DNA from: Candidatus Brachybacterium merdavium
GTDB taxonomy: Bacteria; Actinomycetota; Actinomycetes; Actinomycetales; Dermabacteraceae
DNA length: 64,000 bases
Direction: 5' to 3'
Assembly (NCBI GenBank): GCA_019118275.1
Contig: DWZH01000008.1
Span: 9,908-73,907, forward strand
Made by a program: the position numbers and the translations under genes. Below are positions 9,612 to 18,943 of the stretch, in pieces (the stretch's first letter is position 1; each line of letters opens with the position of its first letter). Under the pieces are notes generated by a model, which was not told where the DNA came from, made no database searches, and saw only the letters and a list, made by a program, of their open reading frames with translations.

Positions 9612-10949
9612 ATGCCGCGAGCAAGCTCCCCACGCATGAGCCAGGGCCCCTCCCGCCGGCGGTTCCTGACCACCGGGGCGGCCCTGACCAGCGCAGCACT
9701 GGCCGGTCCGGCCCTGACCGGCTGCGGGGCAACGTCGGGCGGCACTCCGATCGAGCTGACCTTCTGGACCTGGGCCCCGGGCATCGAGGATGTCGTCGAC
9801 CTCTGGAACCAGCAGAACCCCGATGTGCAGGTGGTGGTCAGCCGGCAGGATGCCGGGGACGCCGCGGTCACCAAGCTGCTGACCGCGGTCCGTGCCGGGA
9901 ACGGAGCGCCCGACGTGGTGCAGGCCGAGTACCAGGCCATCACCTCCCTGGCGTCCGCCGATGCCATCGCCGACATCTCCGCCGACCTGACGCCGCAGAC
10001 CCGTGATCGTTTCGCCGAGGGCATCTGGTCGAACGTGAACCTGCAGGGGGAGTCGATCTACGCGATCCCGCAGGACACCGGCCCGCTCCAGTTCTACTAC
10101 CGGGCCGACGTCTTCGAGGAGCTGGGACTGTCCGCCCCGGAGACCTGGGACGACTACGCCGAGGCCGCGCGCACGATCAACGCCGCGGATCCCGAGATGT
10201 TCCTGGGCACCTTCTCCAATGCCGATCCCGGTCTGTTCGTCGGGCTGGCGCAGCAGGCGGGGGCCTCGTGGTGGCAGATCGACGGAGAGCACTGGTCCGT
10301 GGCGATCGACGAGGAGCCCACGCAGCGTGTGGCCCGGTTCTGGGGCGAGCTGGTCGAGGAGGGCGTGATCGACAACGAGCCGATGTACACACCGCAGTGG
10401 AACACCGCGCTGAACAACGGCACCCAGGTCGGGTGGGTCTCGGCCGTGTGGGCGCCGGGGGTCCTGTCCGGCAACGCCGGATCGACCGAGGGCAACTGGC
10501 AGATGGCCCCCCTCCCGCAGTGGGAGGCCGGGGAGGAGGCCACCGGGAATTGGGGCGGTTCCTCCACCGCGGTGACCACCCAGACCCGGCATCGTGACGC
10601 CGCGGTGCGCTTCGCCGAATGGCTCAACACCTCCACCGATGCGGTGCAGGCACTGGTCACCGAATCCGGTGTGTTCCCCGCCGACCAGGTCGAGTCCGAG
10701 CAGGCGCTGACCGAACCACCGGAGTTCTTCAGCCACCAGGAGGACTTCTACGAGCTGTCCACGTCCAACGCCGAGAGCGTGCGGCCCTTCACCTTCGGGC
10801 CCAACGTCAACGTCACCTATTCGCTGTTCAACGATGCCTTCGCCCAGGCGACGCAGTCGCGCTCGGCCGAGGCCTTCACCGACGCGATCACCACCCTCCA
10901 GGAGGGGACCGTCGCCGACCTCGAGAATCAGGGGTACGTCCTGTCATGA
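9612..10949 (+). CDS. ABC transporter sugar-binding lipoprotein (SBP family 1)
   Basis: Tat-type lipoprotein leader (SRRRFLTTGAALTSAALAGPALTGCG). The length and composition fit a family-1 extracellular solute-binding protein. Its stop overlaps the next permease start (ATGA at 10946-10949). Confidence 0.9.
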   Translation: MPRASSPRMSQGPSRRRFLTTGAALTSAALAGPALTGCGATSGGTPIELTFWTWAPGIEDVVDLWNQQNPDVQVVVSRQDAGDAAVTKLLTAVRAGNGAPDVVQAEYQAITSLASADAIADISADLTPQTRDRFAEGIWSNVNLQGESIYAIPQDTGPLQFYYRADVFEELGLSAPETWDDYAEAARTINAADPEMFLGTFSNADPGLFVGLAQQAGASWWQIDGEHWSVAIDEEPTQRVARFWGELVEEGVIDNEPMYTPQWNTALNNGTQVGWVSAVWAPGVLSGNAGSTEGNWQMAPLPQWEAGEEATGNWGGSSTAVTTQTRHRDAAVRFAEWLNTSTDAVQALVTESGVFPADQVESEQALTEPPEFFSHQEDFYELSTSNAESVRPFTFGPNVNVTYSLFNDAFAQATQSRSAEAFTDAITTLQEGTVADLENQGYVLS

Positions 10950-11872
10950 CCACCGCCACGACTTCCCTGACCCGGCGCAGCAACCGCTTCGCCTACGTCC
11001 TCATCGCTCCCGCGGCGCTGTGCTTCGCGCTGTTCCTGGCGATCCCGATCCTGTACGCGATCTTCATCAGCTTCCGGCGCGAGATCGTCGTGGGCCTCGG
11101 GCTCGGTGAGGGCGGCCGTACCGAGATCTGGGCCGGGCTGGGCAACTACACCGCCGTGCTGTCGGACCCCGAGTTCCTGGCCAGTGCCGGGCGCGTGCTG
11201 CTCTACGGGTGCGTGCTGGTGCCGGTGATGCTGGGCCTGGCGCTGCTGTTCGCGCTGCTGCTGGATTCCCGCCGTGCCCGCGTGCGCAGCTTCGCACGGA
11301 TCGCGATCTTCCTGCCATATGCGGTGCCGGCCGTCATCTCCTCGGTGCTGTGGGGCTTCCTCTACCTCCCCGGCACCAGTCCCTTCCACCACATCGCCGA
11401 CGCGCTGGGCGGTGGGCTGCCGGACGTGCTGTCCCCCTCGCTGGTGCTTCTGGCCATCGCCAACATCGGCATCTGGGGTGGCACCGGATTCAACATGGTG
11501 GTGCTGTACACCTCGCTGAAGTCCGTCCCCAGCGAGCTGTACGAGGCGGCCACGCTGGACGGATGCACTGAGATCCAGATCGCCACGCGCATCAAGGTGC
11601 CGATGATCCTGCCCTCGCTGATCATGACCGCCGTGTTCTCGATCATCGCCACCCTGCAGGTGTTCGCGGAGCCGATGCTGCTGCGCCCTCTGACGAACTC
11701 GATCTCGACCACGTGGTCCCCGCTGATGCGCATCTACCGCGATGCCTTCATCCAGAACGACATCTACATCGCCTCCGCCGGCTCGGTGCTGGTGGCGCTG
11801 GCGACCTTCGTGATCTCCTTCGGCTTCCTGCGCCTGGTGCGCGGGCAGGCTTTCGCCCAGGAAGAGCGGTGA
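10946..11872 (+). CDS. carbohydrate ABC transporter permease
   Basis: The start MTTATTSLTRRSNRFAYVLIAPA is coupled to the SBP stop. It has six hydrophobic segments and an EAA loop (LYEAATLDGCTEIQIATRIKVPMILP). Confidence 0.9.
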   Translation: MTTATTSLTRRSNRFAYVLIAPAALCFALFLAIPILYAIFISFRREIVVGLGLGEGGRTEIWAGLGNYTAVLSDPEFLASAGRVLLYGCVLVPVMLGLALLFALLLDSRRARVRSFARIAIFLPYAVPAVISSVLWGFLYLPGTSPFHHIADALGGGLPDVLSPSLVLLAIANIGIWGGTGFNMVVLYTSLKSVPSELYEAATLDGCTEIQIATRIKVPMILPSLIMTAVFSIIATLQVFAEPMLLRPLTNSISTTWSPLMRIYRDAFIQNDIYIASAGSVLVALATFVISFGFLRLVRGQAFAQEER

Positions 11873-11880
11873 CCGCTGCG

Positions 11881-12813
11881 ATGACCACCACCTCCGACAC
11901 TCTCGACCGCCCGAGCGCGGCGGCACCTGCTGTCCGCGATGGGGGCCGACCCTCCTCGGCCGGCCGCCCGACCAGGAGCGGTGTCGAGCGGCCCTCGCTC
12001 CTCGCCACCGGCATCCTGCTGCTCGGCGCCCTGTACTGCCTGCTGCCGGTGGTGTGGGTGTTGATCGCCGCCTCCAAGAGCCCCGACGAGCTGTTCTCCA
12101 CCTTCAGCCTGGCCCCCTCGACCCACCTCGTCGACAACATCCGTGACCTGTTCACCTACCGCGACGGGCTCTTCTTCCGATGGGCCGGCAACACCGTGCT
12201 GTACGCGGTCGGGGGCGCACTGGCCTCGACCGTGGTCTCGGCGGCCGCCGGCTACGGCCTGGCCAAGTTCGCCTTCCGCGGCAAGAAGCTGCTGTTCAAC
12301 CTGATCCTGGCCGGGGTGCTGCTGCCGGCCGTGATCCTGGCTGTCCCGCAGTACCTGCTGTTCGCGCAGATGGGGCTGGCCAACACCTACTGGGCGGTCT
12401 TCCTGCCGAGCATCCTGAACCCCTACGGCATCTACCTGGCCCGGATCTACGCCGGTGCTTCGATCCCCACCGAGATGATCGAGGCGGCCCGCACCGACGG
12501 GGCCGGTGAGCTGCGCATCTTCGGCCAGTTCGCCATCCCGATGATGCTGCCCGGGCTGGTGACGGTGTTCCTGTTCCAGTTCGTGGGGATCTGGAACAAC
12601 TACATGCTCCCGTACATCATGCTCGGCGACGATGAGCTGTTCCCCATCACCGTGGGCCTGTCGACGCTCATGAACCAGGGGGCATCCCAGCCCGCCATGT
12701 ACACCACCGTCATCACCGGTGCGCTGGTGTCGATCATCCCGCTGATCGCTCTGTTCCTGATTCTTCAGCGATACTGGCAGACGGATCTGACCGCGGGCGC
12801 GGTCAAGAGCTGA
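11881..12813 (+). CDS. carbohydrate ABC transporter permease
   Basis: The ATG at 11881 (MTTTSDTL...) lies 9 nt after the previous stop. It has an EAA loop (MIEAARTDGAGELRIFGQFAIPMMLPGL) and multiple TM helices. A GTG at 11869 is an alternative start. Confidence 0.9.
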   Translation: MTTTSDTLDRPSAAAPAVRDGGRPSSAGRPTRSGVERPSLLATGILLLGALYCLLPVVWVLIAASKSPDELFSTFSLAPSTHLVDNIRDLFTYRDGLFFRWAGNTVLYAVGGALASTVVSAAAGYGLAKFAFRGKKLLFNLILAGVLLPAVILAVPQYLLFAQMGLANTYWAVFLPSILNPYGIYLARIYAGASIPTEMIEAARTDGAGELRIFGQFAIPMMLPGLVTVFLFQFVGIWNNYMLPYIMLGDDELFPITVGLSTLMNQGASQPAMYTTVITGALVSIIPLIALFLILQRYWQTDLTAGAVKS

Positions 12814-12872
12814 CGGAGGGACGGGACGGCCCTGCCATCTGTCCTATCGGCATCCGAGACGAGGGAGAGGCC

Positions 12873-13883
12873 ATGGCCCGCAGCCGCCGCACCAAGGCGA
12901 CGATCGCCGATGTCGCTGAAGCCGCCGGGGTCTCCCGTGGCACGGTCTCCCGCTATCTCAACGGAGGCCACTGGGTCTCCGAATCCTCCACGGAGGCCGT
13001 CCGCACGGCGATCGAGAAGACGGGGTACGTCGCCAGCTCCACGGCGCGCCAGCTGCGCACCGGGCGCAGCGGAACCGTGGCCTTCTTGGTGGACGAGGAA
13101 CCGGCCGCCTTCTTCGGCGACCCGACCTTCGAGAGCCTGGTGGCTAGCGTCAGCGACGCCCTGGCCGCACGGGACATGTCGATGGTGGTGCTGCTGGCGG
13201 GCAATGCCGAGCAGGCTCGGCGGGCCGTCGAGTTCCTCAGCAGCGGCGCTGTGGCGGGTGTGGTCACCGCATCGATCCACCCCACGCACGGCACCCTGGA
13301 GAAGATCCTCGACCAGGAGATCCCCGTGGTGAACTGCGGTTACCCCCGCACGATGGCCGAGCGAGTGTCCTATGTCATGGGTGACGAGGCGATGGGAGGT
13401 CGGTTGATGGCCGAGCACCTGCGGGAGCGCGGTGCCCGCAGGATGGGCGTGATCGCCGGCCCGGCGGACTCTCCCGGCGGCACCCTGCGGCTGGACGCCT
13501 TCCGCCGAGCCGCGGGTGGCCTGCTGCCGGACCCCAATGTCCGCTTCGGTGATTACACCCGCGAGGCCGGGCAGCGGTTCGCTGCGGAGCTGCTCGAGGC
13601 TGATCCGGGCATCGATGCCATCTTCGCTGCGAGCGACGTGATGGCAGCTGGAGTTCTGGACACGGCGACCGAGCGTGACGCAGCCGTGCCCGGGCAGTTG
13701 CTCGTCGGCGGATTCGACGACTCCTTGGTGGCCACCTCCGTGGAGCCGGCACTGACCACCATCCGGCAGCCCTTCGACCGGATCTCCACGGAACTGGTCT
13801 CCGTGCTGCTGCGTGAGATCTCCGACGGCTATCGCTCCGCTGTGACGGTCCCGGTCGAACTGGTGACGAGGGAGAGCACGTAG
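12873..13883 (+). CDS. LacI family transcriptional regulator
   Basis: N-terminal HTH ATIADVAEAAGVSRGTVSRYLNG followed by a periplasmic-binding-protein-like sugar sensor domain. It sits at the end of the galactan transporter operon. Confidence 0.9.
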   Translation: MARSRRTKATIADVAEAAGVSRGTVSRYLNGGHWVSESSTEAVRTAIEKTGYVASSTARQLRTGRSGTVAFLVDEEPAAFFGDPTFESLVASVSDALAARDMSMVVLLAGNAEQARRAVEFLSSGAVAGVVTASIHPTHGTLEKILDQEIPVVNCGYPRTMAERVSYVMGDEAMGGRLMAEHLRERGARRMGVIAGPADSPGGTLRLDAFRRAAGGLLPDPNVRFGDYTREAGQRFAAELLEADPGIDAIFAASDVMAAGVLDTATERDAAVPGQLLVGGFDDSLVATSVEPALTTIRQPFDRISTELVSVLLREISDGYRSAVTVPVELVTREST

Positions 13884-13935
13884 AAGGATGCGCGGGCGCT
13901 CGCCACTGGTGCGGCCGAGCTCGTGACCGGGGACC

Positions 13936-14484
13936 TCAGATGAACTCGTAGGGGTCGAACTCGTCGATCTCGATGATCCGCACCCGGGGCAGGCTGCTGG
14001 TGAAGGCCGAGACGTCGTATTCGAGGTCGAACAGCTCGACGCCCTCGATGCCGCGCAGGTCGGCGGACATGAACTCCTGGAACCCGATGATGCCGGTGCG
14101 CCGCTGCGGATCGTCGGCCAGCGCGGTCATCTGCGGCACGAAATCACTGTCGTGGCTGACCAGCATCACATCGGCGTCACGCTCGGCCAGCGCCTCGGCG
14201 GTGCGCTGGATCGCGATGTCCACGACCTTGCCCTCGCCGCGCAGCGGGATGGTGCGGTACCCCAGTGCGATCAGGGCCTGCACGAACCCCAGCGGCAGGC
14301 TGTCGGACACCGCCAGGAAGAACAGTGCGGACACCGGCTGGTGCCAGGACGATTCGGCGTGGCTGAGCAGCTTGTTCCAGCGGGGCCGCTCGTCGGGCTG
14401 CGGGCGTCGGCCCAGGACCGATCCACCCAGGGTGGCGTCGATGTTCTCGCCATCCACGAGGAGGTACGTGGTGCGTTCTGTCAT
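13936..14484 (-). CDS. NYN/LabA-like (PIN-related) domain protein
   Basis: YLLVDGENID at the N-terminus, DIAIQRTA, and VMLVSHDSDF match the acidic-residue pattern of NYN/LabA nuclease-like domains. The protein is 182 aa and the gene is monocistronic. Confidence 0.65.
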   Translation of the reverse strand: MTERTTYLLVDGENIDATLGGSVLGRRPQPDERPRWNKLLSHAESSWHQPVSALFFLAVSDSLPLGFVQALIALGYRTIPLRGEGKVVDIAIQRTAEALAERDADVMLVSHDSDFVPQMTALADDPQRRTGIIGFQEFMSADLRGIEGVELFDLEYDVSAFTSSLPRVRIIEIDEFDPYEFI

Positions 14485-14579
14485 GCCCTGACCTTACGCC
14501 GCCCTCTCGCCCCTGGGTGCCCGGGGTGGATCCGCCTGGACGGCGTCGATCCTCTGGCAGCCGAAGGCTCCGGCGGGAG

Positions 14580-15389
14580 TCAGAAGGCGGCGAGGTACAT
14601 GTTGCCGTCGCTGCCCTTGGCGATCTGGGCCAGGGTGTCCTCCTCACCGGCGAGGTTCACCAGCACCACACGGTTCTCGGCATCCAGCTCGGCGGTGAAG
14701 TCATCAGGCGTCAGAGCGGAGGCCACGCCCTCCCACTCGTTCTCGTCGAGCTGCTCCTCGACGGACTTGATGCACTCGTCATAGAGGAAAGAGTCCTCGT
14801 TGATGCCTTCTCCGGTCACAGGGTCGAGCCGGGTGGCACAGGCCATGTCCGGATCACCGTCGGAGAGCCCATTGAGATGGTCCAGGAGCACCTCTGTGGC
14901 CGCATCGAGGTCATCCTCGTCCGGATCCTGCACGGGGGTGGCCCCGTAGGCGGGCAGATCGGGCAGTCCGGTCTCCTCCTCGTCCTCCGTCTCCTCCTCG
15001 GTCGGCTCCTCCGATTCGTCCTCGGTGGGCGTCTCGGTGGTGGGTTCCTCCGTCTCCTCCTCGGTGGTCTCCTCCTCGGTCGGCTCCTCCGTCTCGGTCG
15101 ACGTGCTCGCCCCCGGCCCGGCCGGATCGTCCTCGTCCTCGGAGAGGAGGAGCACAGCCGCTCCGATACCCGCAGCGAGCACCAGCAGCAGCACCAGGCA
15201 GCCGCAGACGCCCACGATCCACGGCCAGGCCTTCTTCCGTTCAGGTGGCGCGCCACCTTGCGGGGCCGACGAGGCGTCAGGAGGCGGGGGTCCGCCCCAT
15301 GACGAGCCGTCCTGGGGCGGACCGCCACCGGGCGCCGAGCCGCCGGGCTGTTCCGGCGGGCCCGGGGTGCCGGGGTAGGGGCTGCTCAT
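14580..15389 (-). CDS. hypothetical single-pass membrane protein with Pro-rich N-terminus and highly acidic Thr/Glu-rich linker
   Basis: Start chosen at ATG 15389 (MSSPYPGTPG...), preceded by GGAAAGG. It has one TM helix (WIVGVCGCLVLLLVLAAGIGAAVLLL) and then an EETEEPTEEETTEEETEEP low-complexity segment before a ~120-aa C-terminal domain. GC3 is high. I recognise no family motif. Confidence 0.55.
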   Translation of the reverse strand: MSSPYPGTPGPPEQPGGSAPGGGPPQDGSSWGGPPPPDASSAPQGGAPPERKKAWPWIVGVCGCLVLLLVLAAGIGAAVLLLSEDEDDPAGPGASTSTETEEPTEEETTEEETEEPTTETPTEDESEEPTEEETEDEEETGLPDLPAYGATPVQDPDEDDLDAATEVLLDHLNGLSDGDPDMACATRLDPVTGEGINEDSFLYDECIKSVEEQLDENEWEGVASALTPDDFTAELDAENRVVLVNLAGEEDTLAQIAKGSDGNMYLAAF

Positions 15390-15534
15390 GTCGTCGTGCC
15401 TTTCCGAGGTCGCGCAGGGATTCCGGCCCAGGATACCCACGACGGCAGGCACCGGCCGGGAGGGCCGGCCCCGGCCGCGCTCGGCCCGCTGCCCTCACCC
15501 GCGGTCGATGCGCTCCTGCCCCGCGGAGCGTCAG

Positions 15535-16596
15535 TCAGCCCAGCTGGACCTCGCGGCCGTCCTGGGCGGAGGCGTAGATCGCCTCGAGGATCTTCACGAT
15601 CTCCAGGCCATGCCCCACCGGAGCCACCGATTCCGCTCGACCCAGCCCCGCGTCGACGAAGTTGGCGATCTCGTTGGTGAAGGCCTTGCCCAGCTCGAAG
15701 CTGCCCGAGGAGATCTGTGGGGTGATGTTCACGACCGAATCGTGCATCTCGGTGGCGATGTGCAGATCCGGTTCCAGATCGGCCCCGCCCTTGTCCCCGT
15801 AGACGGAGACGCCGATCGAGTCCCGGGTGGCGTGCAGTGAGTAGGAGCTGTCCAGCATCAGCGAGGCCCCGCCCTCGAAGCGGATCACGGCGTTGGCCAT
15901 GTCCTCGACGCTGTTCTTGGTGGGGTCGTAGTCCGAGACCTGATACCGCGGCATCGTGGTGATGTTGGCGCGGTTGCCCAGCACGTCATAGGTGTTGCCG
16001 GAGACGGTCACCGCCTTCGGGGCGCCCATCAGGTACCAGGCCAGGTCCAGCACATGGATGCCGATGTCCAGCAGCGGTCCGCCGCCGGCGATGTCCTTCT
16101 GGGCGAACCAGCCGCCCGGATTGCCCACCCGTCGGATCAGGCTGGCCTTCGCGTAGTACATCTCCCCGAGCTCACCGGCGTCGATGAAGGACTTCAGCAC
16201 CTGGCAGTTGGGCGAGTGGCGACGCACGAAACCGACCTGGACCACCCGGTCGCTGGCCGCAGCGGCCTGCTCGACCGCCAGGGCCTCGGCGACGGTGCGG
16301 GACAGCGGCTTCTCCACCAGCACGTGCTTGCCGGCCTCGATCGCCGCGGTCGCCCAGACGGCGTGGGTGTCGTTCCAGGTGCAGATGCTGACGCCGTCGA
16401 TGTCATCGGCGGCCAGCAGGTCATGGGCGTCGTCGTACGCGCGGGCGGCGCCGTACCGGTCAGCCACCGCCCGAGCCCGGTCGAGGTTGATGTCGGCGAC
16501 CGCGATCAGTTCGACGTCGGGGTGGGCGGCGTAGGCGTCCAGGTGGGCGGCGGCGATGGAGCCGGCGCCGATGACGCCGATGCGGAGCTTGGTCAT
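15535..16596 (-). CDS. Gfo/Idh/MocA family oxidoreductase
   Basis: N-terminal Rossmann motif KLRIGVIGAGSIAAAHL, EKPL motif (VLVEKPLSRT), and typical length (353 aa). Confidence 0.9.
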   Translation of the reverse strand: MTKLRIGVIGAGSIAAAHLDAYAAHPDVELIAVADINLDRARAVADRYGAARAYDDAHDLLAADDIDGVSICTWNDTHAVWATAAIEAGKHVLVEKPLSRTVAEALAVEQAAAASDRVVQVGFVRRHSPNCQVLKSFIDAGELGEMYYAKASLIRRVGNPGGWFAQKDIAGGGPLLDIGIHVLDLAWYLMGAPKAVTVSGNTYDVLGNRANITTMPRYQVSDYDPTKNSVEDMANAVIRFEGGASLMLDSSYSLHATRDSIGVSVYGDKGGADLEPDLHIATEMHDSVVNITPQISSGSFELGKAFTNEIANFVDAGLGRAESVAPVGHGLEIVKILEAIYASAQDGREVQLG

Positions 16597-16656
16597 GATC
16601 AGGGCTCAGTCCTTCGGGTCAGGGGTGGTCAGGGGATGGAGCGGATGGAGGGCTGA

Positions 16657-17556
16657 TCAGGCCTGGTCGAGCAGCCGCTTGGCGTTGGCGATGCCCCGCT
16701 CGCAGCCGAGCAGGCAGTCCTCCCAGCCCTCGAACTCGATCGAGGCGTAGCCGGAGAAGTCGGAGGCCTTCAGGGCACGGGCGACCGCGGCCAGGTCGAT
16801 GTCGCCGTTGCCCACGACCGCGCCGCGCAGGTGCTTGCCGCCGCGGCTGCGGAACCAGCCCTCGCCAGGGGAGGCCTCGGCCGGACGGATGTAGAAGTCC
16901 TTGAAGTGGACGACCATCGCGTAGGGCAGGTTCTGGGCCACCGACACCTCCGGGGCCTCGTCGACGCACACGAAGTTGCCCACGTCCAAAGTGGTGCGGA
17001 AGTTCGGCTGGTCGACCGCGTGGATGATGCGGCGGATCCGGTCGGCGGCCTGCACGAAGAAGCCGTGGTTCTCGAGGCTGGTGGTGATGCCCCGGGCGGC
17101 CGCGTACCGGGCGATCTCCTGGGAGGCGGTGACGATGGACGGCAGCGCCCGCTCGAACAGGGGCGTGTCGTCGCCGGGATGGCCGGCGTGGGCGACCACG
17201 TCATGGCGCATCAGGCGGATGCCGAGGCGCTCGGCGAGGTCCACGCAGGACTTCACGCGCGCGACCTGCTGGGCGTGCTCGTCGGGCTCCTCGGTGAAGA
17301 AGTCTGCGCCGACGGCGAGGTTGGACAGGACCACCCCGGCCGACTCGGCCTTCGCGCGGACCTCGTCGACGAAGGCGGGGTCGGAGGCGATGTTGGGGAT
17401 GGGGCTGGAGGGGTCGTCGCTGAGGGAGGCGAGCTCGAGGTGCTCGCCCTCGCTGGCGGCGACCCAATCGATGACGTCGAACAGCGTCATCTCGCCGGTG
17501 GAGAGTTTGGAGTGGAAGCTGTAGGAGCTGAAACCGAAGCTGATGTCGGCGGTCAT
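16657..17556 (-). CDS. sugar phosphate isomerase/epimerase (xylose isomerase-like TIM barrel)
   Basis: 299 aa with the alternating beta-alpha pattern and the conserved segments LENHG, DVGN and IEFE typical of the AP_endonuc_2/TIM-barrel family. It lies directly upstream of the oxidoreductase on the same strand. Confidence 0.8.
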   Translation of the reverse strand: MTADISFGFSSYSFHSKLSTGEMTLFDVIDWVAASEGEHLELASLSDDPSSPIPNIASDPAFVDEVRAKAESAGVVLSNLAVGADFFTEEPDEHAQQVARVKSCVDLAERLGIRLMRHDVVAHAGHPGDDTPLFERALPSIVTASQEIARYAAARGITTSLENHGFFVQAADRIRRIIHAVDQPNFRTTLDVGNFVCVDEAPEVSVAQNLPYAMVVHFKDFYIRPAEASPGEGWFRSRGGKHLRGAVVGNGDIDLAAVARALKASDFSGYASIEFEGWEDCLLGCERGIANAKRLLDQA

Positions 17557-17580
17557 GGGGGCCCTTCGCGGGGTCGGGGA

Positions 17581-18705
17581 TCAGGACAGACCGGCATCGA
17601 GGCGATGCCAGGGAGCGGGGACGTCGGGGACGCCGGTGATGCGCGCGGAGCCGTGCGCGAAGCCCAGCCCGAGCGCGCCCACGAGCGCGCCGTCGGTGGT
17701 CAGCCGGGCCGGCACCACCTCGGGGACGTGCTCGGTCATCAGCAGCCGGCCGACAGCGCGGCGCAGGGGCTCCAGCAGGGTCTCGCCCGCCCGGGACAAG
17801 CCCCCGCCGACGACGACCCGTTCGGGATCGACGGTGAGCAGCACCGTGGCCAGGCGCGGGGCGATCTGCGCACAGAACTCCTCGATCTCCTGCACAGCGT
17901 CCAGGTCCCCGGCGGCGGCGCGCTCGAGGAGCTCCTGGGCGTCGTCGCCGGTGGACCAGGTGAGCCGGCCCCGCACCGAGCTGTCGGTCCAGCGCATGCC
18001 CCGCTGGCTGCCCAGCTCGCCGGCCAGGCGGTGGGCACCCTGCAGGATCGCGCCGTCGATGATCACAGCGACGGAGATGCGGTGCCCGAGCTGAAGCAGC
18101 ACGATGCCCTCGGCCCCCGGTCCGAGGTGATGCTCGGCGAGGGCCGCGAGCTTGATGTCGTTCTCGACCTCGACCGGGCAGCCGAGCCGCTCCGCGAGGG
18201 TGCCGGCGAGATCGATCCCCTCGAGGGCGGGTGCGGCCAGGCTGCGGCTGACGCGCCCGGCGGGGTCGAGGATGCCGGGCACCGCGACGCCGACGGCCGA
18301 CGGGGCCAGACCGGTCCCGCGCACGGCCTGGACAAGAGGCGCGATCGGATCCGGGCCCTGCATCGGCGCCTCGGCCCGGGCGAGCATCCGGCCGGCCGCG
18401 TCGGCGACGACGCAGCGCACGGTGCGGGTGCCGACGTCGAGCGCGGCGACGGACGCGGCGGTGGGGTCGAAGCGGAACCGGCGGGCGGGCCGGCCCGCGC
18501 TGCCCGAGGCTGCCACCGGGGCCGGGGCTGCGATACCGGTCGCGCGGAGCTCTTCGAGCACCGCATCGACCGTGGGCCGGGAGAGGCCGGTCGCCGAGGC
18601 GATCTCGGCGAGGGTCAGCGCGCCACCGGCCTCCCGCAGCACCACGGTGCAGTCCCGCGCGTTGGCGCGTCGGACCGCGGAGGGGTTCGGGGGTGGCATC
18701 GCCAT
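17581..18705 (-). CDS. ROK family transcriptional regulator (zinc motif apparently absent)
   Basis: wHTH LTLAEIASATGLSRPTVDAVLEEL followed by a ROK/sugar-kinase fold (AALDVGTRTVRCVV, GVAVPGILD, VENDIKLAALAE). The start is placed at ATG 18705 (MAMPPPN...). After AGELG the canonical H...CxCGxxGC zinc motif is not present. Confidence 0.8.
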   Translation of the reverse strand: MAMPPPNPSAVRRANARDCTVVLREAGGALTLAEIASATGLSRPTVDAVLEELRATGIAAPAPVAASGSAGRPARRFRFDPTAASVAALDVGTRTVRCVVADAAGRMLARAEAPMQGPDPIAPLVQAVRGTGLAPSAVGVAVPGILDPAGRVSRSLAAPALEGIDLAGTLAERLGCPVEVENDIKLAALAEHHLGPGAEGIVLLQLGHRISVAVIIDGAILQGAHRLAGELGSQRGMRWTDSSVRGRLTWSTGDDAQELLERAAAGDLDAVQEIEEFCAQIAPRLATVLLTVDPERVVVGGGLSRAGETLLEPLRRAVGRLLMTEHVPEVVPARLTTDGALVGALGLGFAHGSARITGVPDVPAPWHRLDAGLS

Positions 18706-18943
18706 CGGTCCCTCTCGCTCCGGACGTCCCCACCGCGAATACGTAAGGGGGTTGCACAATGTGCGCGGCCAGTTTCGCCCCTTGCGCCGCCGACGTCAAC
18801 CACCCCGGAGCGCCACAGCCGTGCGGGAGGGAGGGGCGGGGCCTGGCGCGCCAGCTGACTATGTGACATGGTACTTACCGAGACGTTTCTCGACGACAGA
18901 GGATGGCAACGTGGCCAGCGCTTATGCGAGCAGCTCCTATTCG

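Noticed and set aside
9488-10024. 179-codon N-terminal extension of the GH42 ORF
   Set aside because: It overlaps the divergent SBP gene, has a Cys/Ser/Thr-rich unnatural composition, and the GH42 homology begins right after ATG 9487.
16831-18858. 675-aa ORF on the + strand
   Set aside because: It spans the antisense of two different well-supported genes (TIM-barrel isomerase and ROK regulator), has shadow-frame composition and shows no motifs.
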